DNA of 64,000 nt from NCBI RefSeq assembly GCF_964355755.1, contig NC_092675.1, positions 26,880,912-26,944,911 of the forward strand, given 5' to 3'. A program made the position numbers and the translations under genes. Below are positions 1-9,500 of the stretch, in pieces. Position 1 is the first letter of the stretch; the number at the start of each line of letters is the position of its first letter. The notes under the pieces are model-generated. The model worked only from the letters and a program-made list of their open reading frames with translations, searched no databases and was not told where the DNA came from. This DNA comes from Antedon mediterranea (lineage: Eukaryota; Animalia; Echinodermata).

Positions 1-896
1 CATAAATTAATTAGCTTCTCCAAATTACTACTAACAAATTATAACAGAAACCTTTTCTAGATTTACATATGATCATAACAGTAATCTATGGTGGAGGTGA
101 ATTCAATATACGTGATCAAACCTGTTAAGTGTGAAATTATGATTATGTTTTATCTCTATGATTCATTTTCATTAAAGCGTAACACTCGGTTGGAAACATA
201 ATTTGCATAACACTGATTCCAATCGCTTCCTCAGATGTTAACAATGCATTTCTAAAAATACATGTTGTGGTATTTGATGGGGTTTTTTAAAAGCTGAGTT
301 GCTGTGCTTGGAAATTGACTAATATCTATTTAAAGGTGAGAAGGGCTTAACCGGGACTTGCTAATTAGACTAGATTATGTAGGTTCAGTTTCGTTTGGTT
401 TAGATTGATTATTTACGGGTTAGACTGATACACATCGCATATACAATCGTCCGGCCGATTTCGTAAACCCGGAAGGAATAATGATTCTCTACTAGCTACA
501 TATTTTTATCCAATTATCTGTTGTTTTTGTTGTATTTGGTACGCTTCACGATCAACATTTCGGCCTACCATATATTTTGCATAAGCTACTAAAAATACTA
601 TAATATTTAACCTTTACACTAAGGATAAAATAAGAGATTAAAAATAGTAGGCTAGTATTAGGTAAGCAAAGTATTATTAGGCCTATAAGTATTAATTTAT
701 CTTATTTCAGATAGTAGTAAGTAAGTAAGCCAACTTGACTTGACTTGGCCTAGCCACCTCAGCCTCATCCGCTAGTATACCTTAACCACGTGGTTCAACC
801 ATTATTGAAAGCGCAGCTGAAGTGTTGATAAGATATTGATATGCGCATCTTTGTAAAAATGTCCAGTACTCTAAAGTCTATTTTCTCATTGTTCTT

Positions 897-973
897 ACAG
901 CTCATTATGTCGGTCGGTTTTTTGGTCTGTTGGTTGGTCCGATCGACCGACTGCAGCCATGTATATGGCCTTG
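897..973 (+). mobile_element. Helentron/DINE-1-like non-autonomous element remnant
   Basis: Has tatgtcggtcggt..(GGTY)n..cgactgcagccatgtatatggccttg, the same 3' hairpin end as the copies at 20163, 50374 and 51850. Confidence 0.65.
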
Positions 974-1557
974 TGAAAAATAGCCAACCAAAACATGTTG
1001 ATTTGATGAAAATAAAGAATTTTTAACGACTTTTTAGATATTCCCTTACTCGGTATAGCGGGTCTAACCCCTGTAGTAATATAATTGGCCTATAGCCTAT
1101 ATATATTTTTTTATATATAATATATTTTTGCTATTTATACATTCACAAGATGGAAAAATATCTGAAAAAAATAAGAATCCTTCTAAAAGTCAAATTTAAT
1201 AATAAACGATCATGTATTGCTGTAAATTTATTTTTCATTTGTCATAGGTTTACCATCGTCAGAAAATATGAATAGATATAAGATACTTACAGCCACGTGC
1301 ATGCGAGCAAGAATGACATCATCACTGATTCACCAAACACATCTTCTTTTTCGATAACCTTTCCTGATGAATACGATAATTTAAAAGTTTATAATTATTT
1401 ATGTTATGTAAGATTTGATCGCAACATAATCTAGTTGATAGTAACATACTCAGCTTTTTCCAATAATCATGTTGATTTTATCCTACTTTGCAGAACTTTT
1501 TTCATCAATTTTTTATATATTATTTGCAGGTAGTTTGTCTCGGCTACTACGAAGATC

Positions 1558-3792
1558 ATGGAAGAGTTACCGTTAACTTCAGTGGACAAGAGCAATTTGT
1601 TAAGGGCCATTACTTATGTTAAACAGGAAACCAATTCAAAAGAAAAGAACATTTTAAGTTTGCTTGCTTTTGAGAAAAAGTTCACAAGAAGCACCACACT
1701 TAATTATTTTGAAAAATTGATGAATCACAATCTAATTACAACCCAAGATGTGTCTGTGATGTATGAGATTCTACTTTTGATTGGAAACAAACGCTTGTGG
1801 ACATCAGTCAGAGAAAAACTGGTTGCTGATAACGGGAAGGTTCCAGACTATAAGTACGATGTAACAAAGGAGTCAAAACACTTTTCTGACTTTCGTCTTG
1901 CCTTGGTGGAAGTTGGACTTCAATTTACAGGCGATTTGGAAGAATTTCAATTTCTGTACGGAATAAAAGATTTCAGTTGCATTTGGAAAGTGCTGTTACA
2001 CCTGGAACAGAAGGTTATATTGGATAAGTCTGATGTGGCATCTTTGAAAAAGTTTCAAGAAAGGCTTAAAGAAGCTGGTGACTTCAGTGGATCAAGAACA
2101 ATTGAACAATATGGTAGGCACTAAACTGATCAACACTTAACATTTTATTTCTAAAATAAGTTAAATAGTATAAAATGAATATAAATTAAATGAAATTGAA
2201 TATTGGAGTTAATTGTTATTTAAAGTGATTTTGATAAAAGTAAGTTATTGTTATGATTTTTTTTCAAGGCAACCTATCAATTAATGAAACTATACCTTTT
2301 TCAGTGGCAAAGAAATTTGAAAACAGCTTGTGGCACACTCAAATTTCTTCTGTCTACAAATCTGCTATCAGAAAAATCTCTATTCTTAAATACCTTAAAC
2401 ACTTCTTTGATTCTGATACTATTGCTTTTTTATATAAATCCTACATACAACCTGCTATTGAATACGCTTGCTCTGCCTATGGTCTCCTCTCCCAATGTGA
2501 TGGTCTCCTCCCCCAATGTGAAATCGCCCGAATTAAACGCCTCTAACTCTATGTCGCTAAACTCCTCTCTCTGATCACCAATCCCGCGATTTTTTCTAAT
2601 TTCAATATTATTCCGTTCTCTTTAAGGCATCAGTATTTTCTACTTAAATTTCTTTGTGCCATCACGCAGTCCCCTGAACACCCTCTTCGTCCATTTCTTC
2701 CTCCTGTCTATGGTCCTTCGCCATAATCGACACTCTTCTCATCTTCCCTTTGACATACGTGTTCTTCACTTTACTCTACCTCACTCACTCTCACTCGCTC
2801 AATCTTTTCATCTTAACGTGTCTTCCTCTTCTGTGCTTGACATTAAAACTAACCTATAATTTATTACACTTATATTAATTATTATTATAACAATAACAAT
2901 AATCATAATAACAATAATTACAATGAATAAAAATAATAATAACTACTACAGTAGTAATGACTATAATTGTATGTGTTTAAATTTTAAATGTAAATATGTA
3001 TAATTATTTTTGTATGATGTAGTATGTTTAAGCGGATATTAGCCCTTGATGGCATTTGCAGCAATAAAGAAATTGAATTGAATTGAACTAATTGTGTTAT
3101 GGAACCAGTAACTCCTTGTGTCAGTCCGACAACATGATTGGAGCTAATGTTGTTATTTAAAACAAAGTTCGGTGTTAAAGTAGGCCTAAGTTATTGTGAT
3201 TTTTTTGCAATCAATTAATAAAACTATACATTTTTCAGTGGCAAAGAAATTCGAAAACAGCTCTAATTGTGTTATGGAACCAGCAACTACAACTCCGACA
3301 TATTTCAGTCCGACGGGATCTGGAAGTAAGTATGGCCTACCTTTAAAGAAAAAATAAATTCACGGAGGAGGTGTTGGGAGGGGTCTAGCATATTTTTTTT
3401 CGACTGTTTTTATTCTGTATAGTAATTGTGTTAAATAATAAATTATAAGAGTATATGGTTTGATAGACAATAATCAAATTTATTACATGATTACATTTAT
3501 TCATCAAAGTTAAAATAACGTTGACAACGTTTCTATAATGACTAATCTGATGTCGTTATACTGCTGTTTGTTCTTATTTTTTATAGATTAATTTATTGTC
3601 TCAATTACTTAATCTGTTTACATGTTAACTATTATTTTAGTTTGATAGAGTCTTTTACGTGACAAGAATAGTTTTTTTTCTTCTAGTATAGAACCTCAAT
3701 ATGATATTGAAATAAAAATAACCGTTGACGGAAAAACAAAACCGTTTCATCCAGATAGCCATTGGAACAACGGGCAGTTCTTCAATACGTAG
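1558..3792 (+). CDS. Tandem death effector domain (DED-DED) protein, cFLIP/caspase-8 prodomain-like; no caspase domain seen
   Basis: Main coding exon 1558-2113 follows acceptor tttgcag at 1529 and ends at donor G|gtaggc. It encodes two helical repeats resembling DEDs: LLRAITYV..YFEKLMNHNLI..MYEILLLIG and FRLALVEVG..FQFLY..VLLHLEQKVIL..RTIEQY. Next in-phase exon 3239-3325 (VAKKFENSSNCVMEPATTTPTYFSPTGSG, tttttcag/gtaagt). Tentative last exon 3692-3792 (KPQYDIEIKITVDG..FFNT*). The first exon is well supported; the 3' structure is uncertain. Confidence 0.7.
2305..3125 (+). pseudogene. Duplicated copy of DED-gene exon 3239-3325, split by a LINE insertion
   Basis: 2305-2328 TGGCAAAGAAATTTGAAAACAGCT and 3088 onward CTAATTGTGTTATGGAACCAG rejoin to match exon 3239 (..GAAAACAGCTCTAATTGTGTTATGGAACCAG). 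The roughly 100 bp of upstream intron is also duplicated (about 2202-2304 vs 3137-3238). Confidence 0.85.
2329..3087 (+). mobile_element. 5'-truncated non-LTR retrotransposon (CR1/L2-group-like), C-terminal end of the RT ORF plus 3' UTR
   Basis: Translation LWHTQISSVYKSAIRKISILKYLKHFFDSDTIAFLYKSYIQPAIEYACSAY matches the typical post-RT region of LINE ORF2 (W..HI....A...L..L.....LY...I.P..EY.). It ends in AATAAA (3063) and an (AATTG)n tail. Boundaries are defined by the interrupted exon; no TSD. Confidence 0.85.
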
Positions 3793-4770
3793 GCACTAAA
3801 TTGACTTTTACAGTCAAAGTAACTTCGACGAAATACCATTGTCCGAAGAAATAACATATGTCCATCGAAATATTATGAATAAGCCTATTCTCAAAAGGTT
3901 TTAGAAACGATTGAAAAGTGTTTTGGAACGTATTTAGGGCCTAATGTTTAATTTAGTTCTGTTTTTTTCTCTATGGAAAGTTAATTTAAGCTCTCCCTCT
4001 ATCGGAGTTATTATCGGTTTAACTTGTTCTACGTTCAATAATATAAAATGTGACAGGCATAGCGCGCTGTTGAGCCACACACGTTGGACTTGCCGTATCG
4101 ATGTTCGTGGTTTTTGCGGGAGTGGACGGAGGTTTATCGTAAAAACAGTTACGTCGTCGTATGAACACTGATATGTTTCAGATCAGCTTAAATCCAACAT
4201 CAACCGGCTTCGATGTGTGAACGCATAGATATAGTAAAAAATCGGGTTATCAATTTCAGGGGTTCACCTCTTTGGGCTTGCTCATTTTTTGTCAATTATA
4301 CCTATAATATGATAGGCATAATATAATATGCTGTCTGAATATTATTCAATTTTTACTTATTCGTACAAACAGATTACAATGTTCACGGTTTTGGAATTTA
4401 TAGGCCTAATCATTATTGTCATGGATCATGGAGCATAAAAATAATAATACTTTGGAAACTACACTTTTTAAAAGAAAACTTAATTATGTACAAAATACAA
4501 AGTAGTACAGGATTTAATAACAAGGAACTAAAAATCATTTCCATTGTTGTATCAGCTTGATAGCGTCTGTTTAATGGTAATAACGTATTAGAACGAAATG
4601 TTTATGCTATAGGCCTAGGCCTACTAGTGCGCTTTCGAAGTCTAATGGTTCAAGTAAATATTTTTCTAGGCGGGGGGGGTGGGGGGGGTTCTTTAATAAT
4701 TTGATAGTCTGATAGAGAAGATTAGTTATATTATATTTCAAAAGAACAATAAAACCACAGCCTTAAAACC

Positions 4771-4828
4771 AGAGCCATATTATAATTATTACAATATAAT
4801 TAATTATAGATAATAATTATGGCTCTGA
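4771..4828. repeat. Short inverted repeat around an AT-rich spacer (possible tiny MITE remnant)
   Basis: AGAGCCATA ... TATGGCTCT arms. Confidence 0.45.
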
Positions 4829-4839
4829 TAATTTATATA

Positions 4840-5050
4840 TAGCGCCCTCTATCTATATTTAACAAAACACGCCCACTTTCTCTTTTTAATCATCATACCA
4901 AAGACTACACTATCTTTGATCATACCTATTTTTGTTGTATGTTTACGGCGCGCCTATACGACATAGGTAGGGCCTCTACGTGTTTTTGGTAAGGTCGGGT
5001 GTCCTAAAAATTAAAGTTTGTTCTTTCTAAAACTTAGAGCCTAGGCCTAG
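4840..5050 (+). promoter_or_regulatory. Probable annexin promoter and non-coding first exon
   Basis: Locally CpG-richer sequence and a strong donor CCTAG|gtaagt at 5050/5051, upstream of the acceptor (6529) of the ATG-bearing exon. TSS not determined. Confidence 0.5.
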
Positions 5051-5460
5051 GTAAGTTCTAATGACAACAACACTTATTTAGGTCCAGTTTTTATGTTGTA
5101 CTTCAAGAAAGTATTTTAAAGGGAGTTGTGCAGAGTGAGAGTGTGAGTAGACAGGCTAGCCTAGCCTACTAGCTAGGCCTAGCCTAGTACTATATTACTA
5201 GGCCGGATTAGGCCAACTTCGGCCACAGACAATAATAATACTACCATATCTATGGAACGCCCATAGTGCCATTGATAGAGGAACTAGGCCTACTAGTCTA
5301 GGGCCTAGTCAGAAACAGCAGTAGCTTCACCATCCATTATGTGATCTGTTAGCATTTGTTTGGAGGACAGACCTAACTAAACTAATCTAGGCCTAGACCT
5401 AAAAGGTGTACCCTGGAGCTGACATGTTTCTCCCTAAAAACACATGAAAATTTAATTTAT

Positions 5461-6207
5461 CGCCGTGGTTAGGATTCCGGCACCGGAACTCAACTGCCCA
5501 CCGTTAGGGAATCCGACACGCTATTGCGCATGCCCAGATCGAGGTAATCGGCGACTCTCTATACTTTTATCAATAGCGATGGATCATTTCATAGCTGCGC
5601 CACACGGCGAACTAGCCTAGATGCCTACTAATACGGAATCCACTAATCTAAGCTAGGGCTACCAGTTAGACGTGACCAGTGGGCCTATTTATTTTGTAAT
5701 TAAAAAGTGGTTGCTTCATTCATATATAAACTTCATATCATTATGAATTATATAATTACATGACTAGTTTTATGATTTTTCATAACGCATTATACTGTAC
5801 ATAAACAACATGCAATCACAAGTTGATTTGTTGATGGCAGCCACCGCGTGGATGTGAAAAAACTGTTCGGGAAGTCAGGGTCACAAAGCTAAAAACAGCA
5901 TTACGATTCTTAGATAGATACTGATACTTATTAATATCATTATAATTATTTTAACGCGTGGGCGTAGTCGTATTTTAATTATTAATTCTTGTATGGCATA
6001 GGCCAAGTTTCATCCATCGCTCTCTCGCTCGCGCAACGACTATTCTAGGCTACAGTAAATCCCTATAACACTCCGACTCTCCGTGGTGTGGTACTATTAG
6101 TGCAAGCTATAATTCACTTCCCATAGCTCTCTGGGAATGCGCAATAGCGTGTCGGATTCCCTAACGGTGGGCAGTTGAGTTCCGGTGCCGGAATCCAAAC
6201 CACGGCG
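5461..6207. mobile_element. Non-autonomous DNA transposon, Mutator (MULE)-like, 747 bp
   Basis: Near-perfect TIRs of about 77 bp (CGCCGTGGTTAGGATTCCGGCACCGGAACTC.. / ..GAGTTCCGGTGCCGGAATCCAAACCACGGCG). Perfect 9-bp TSD TTAATTTAT at 5452-5460 and 6208-6216. No transposase ORF. Confidence 0.9.
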
Positions 6208-6549
6208 TTAATTTATTGTATAGGCCTAGATAGCCTAGGCCATTTTCTCACAGTTTTTATAAAGTTATCACTTCCGTAGAAAAAAAAAAAATGTTTTCAA
6301 GGCAAAATGAATGATTAAAATCAACAAAAAAAATGGCATATTCAACAAAAACATTTCAACAAAATCTTTAATGATGTGATAACGAATTTCCCATACAAAA
6401 TTCAGTAGTTTCTGAGTGTGCACCAAATGATTTTTTAAAAGGAGAGAAGACTTTGTTAATGTTATTATAAAATAAAAAATAGAAAATTCCAATTATCTAG
6501 GCCTATTATGTTTTTTTTTTCATTTTCAGATTTTTCGTTTGATAGTGAT

Positions 6550-9500
6550 ATGAGCTATCCACCATACGCCGGAAGTGGATACCCACCAGCAGGAGGGGCG
6601 GGCTATCCCCCAGCAGGAGGAGCGGGCTATCCACCAGCAGGAGGGGCGGGCTATCCTCCAGCAGCTGGTGGATATCCACCACAGGGAGGAGCAGGTGGAT
6701 ATCCTCCTCAACCAGGGTATCCTCCATCAGGTGGTGGCTACCCACCACAACAGCCTGGCTTTCCTGCTGCTGGTGGATATTCCCCAGCAGGAGGTGGTTA
6801 TCCCCCTGCTCCTAGTGGCCCTCCTGGAGGTGGGTACCCTCCTCAGCAGGCTGGCTATCCACCACAACCAAGTGCTGGATACCCACAACCTGCAGTAAGT
6901 ATGTTTTTATCTTTATCTCATGAAAGGTCTTTCGTTTGTTTATTTAACCTTGTTGCGCCATGAATAATTTATGTGGTGTAATAATCAGCACTAAAGCTCC
7001 CTTTGACTTTTTTCAGTATTCAAATATAGCACAGTGTTTTATGTATGCAAATGTAAAATAAATGAATTTCTGCCCAAACTTGTACATGTATTTTCTCCCT
7101 AAAAACATGAAAAATGAAAATTAATACTTTTGTTACATCCATACTTGTTATTTATACTATAGGGTGGCATGCCAACACCAGGCGGCGGAGGCTATCAACC
7201 AGGGGGTGGCCTTCCATACAACCCAAGTCCTCTTGGATTTGCAGTAAGTAACAAATTATTACAACTTGATAAATAGTAAATGCATTTTTATGTCAAACAT
7301 GAATTACTTCGAAAATACAAAATATAGGAAAATTGCCATCTCCATAAAACGATTTACTCATCTTTTCATAATAATTTGTTGTTAATGGATCAGGTATTTT
7401 GCTCTATTTGTACAGTAATACGTAATTGTACTTTTTGTGATTATTTCTTAAGTGTGACTTGAACCAAAAACCTTCAGATCAATTTTATTGTCGTCAGTAC
7501 ACTGATTAAATGAGCACTGGAATGTACTTTAAAATTTGTATTTTACTTATTTTGCATAACTGCATGTCAGAACACCTTAAGCCAGTGGTTTATGTATAAT
7601 TAAATAATCTTAATATTTATATTGATTAATTTTTTATTTTTATTATCATATCATTCTAAAGTTTCATGGCAAAAATTATGTATTTACTTATATTATAATT
7701 TTACTTTTATAATGTTTTACAGCCAATACCTAACAATCAATATGTAAGTTTAGTTTAAGATGTTTTTTTGAGTGCTTGAATGTGTTCTTCTTTCTTTCTG
7801 AGTTGCTTATAACCCTTTTGACACCAATATTCTTATGTTTACTCTATTTCTTGGGCTAATGTAGCATAGTCTGACTGGATGGAAGCAAAGCTACATAGAT
7901 TATTGCTTTACATAACAAGATTAGGTGTAAAAAGATGTTGTATATTTTTAATATGTTAGTGTTGTGCAATTCACAATTTTAATTAATAAACTTATGTTTT
8001 TCAAAATCTAATCTAATAATAACACTTATTAATTACTTGTTTGTTTTATTTTCATTTGTTTGATGATTATATTATAACAGTAGTCTTCAACCAGTTTTGC
8101 TATCATGAGCATACATCGTAGTTTTACGGAATATAATGATCCTCTCGCATGAATTTAAAAAGGAAGCTTATCAAATTTATGACCAGGAATACAGTATACT
8201 GTATGTATTGTTACAGTAAAAAATATGTTAAAAAACATGGAATTATAAAATTATACTAAACTATAAATTATAAAAATATGATGAATTTAAGTATGATAAA
8301 TTATTTCTATTCAATAATTGCTCCTTAATACTCTACTCTTCTCATGACTCATTGTCATTTACTATCACTATTAAATGATTCCCTACTGATTATAATCTAT
8401 GATACAAATTGTTCAAAGAAATATTTTGTGCAGTGATATTAACAGAGAGGATTATCATAATTTTAAATTTATTATTAGCATTCATATTAAAACAATTGGT
8501 TTAATTAGATGAAAATTAATGTTACTTCAAGACATTGTAATAACAAATATTAACATTAGTATTGCATTAACAAATTGGAACAGATCTAGTGCTAAGGGAG
8601 TGTGCTAGAAATCTATATTTATTGTCAGACTATTGATTTTATTTGTTAGTGATCACTGTCTTCCATTAAAAAAAATACTGCAAGATCATTTAAAAAATAC
8701 TGAAAGATCCTCTCCTAGTTACAGTATATTTACCTATAACATACATTTCCATTTTCCTTGATTTCACATATGAAAATAGACTTAATTGAGAAAGTGGTTG
8801 TACTTAAATGTTGTTAAATATTCAGAATCTCATTTATAAAATGAAGTAACCTTGAAGTATTCTAATATCACAGAATATGTTATGACATAATCCTTCAATC
8901 AATACAATGTCTGATGCAATATGATAAAAAAAATCAAACAAAATTTCATTTGTTCGTATTTTATTATTTATTTTTATTTGTTATTTTTATTTCACACTTT
9001 AGAAAGAGGTTGCATCGCAAGAATTATAACAAATATTTGCATTCTGTTTAACTATGTTACTTTGGACTGTGTATGATTATGATTACTTTGTCTTTTTTAA
9101 CAGGGAGTGGTTGGCCATGGTGTTAAAAATTGCTCCTTGTTTAATGTTACAATACAGTGACCGCCTATATCCCCTATATGCTGTATTGAATAAATGCCTC
9201 ACTTTCAATAAACACCCCACACCCCTTGAGTAAAAGACAATCCTTTGGAATAAATGCCCTAGCACATTTATTTTATCCATGCATTTTAAATAATCTTTGT
9301 AGTTGAATTCCTTGACTTCCATGATCTACAATTGATCAAGCATTTTTATACAATTTTTTATGTATTTTACCACTTCTTGAAATTAATTATGTTGTATTTT
9401 CTATCTACTGTATTTATTTAATTATACCATACCATATTACACCCAAAAAAATAAACACCTCCTTTGAATAAATGCCTCCCTCGAATACCCCCCCCCCCAC

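Noticed and set aside
2284-2859. ORFs 2284-2574 and 2656-2859
   Set aside because: Off-frame readings of the pyrimidine-rich LINE fragment; no independent gene features.
6506-6898. Overlapping alternative-frame and antisense ORFs over the annexin GYP exon
   Set aside because: By-products of a GC-rich coding minisatellite that lacks stops in other frames.
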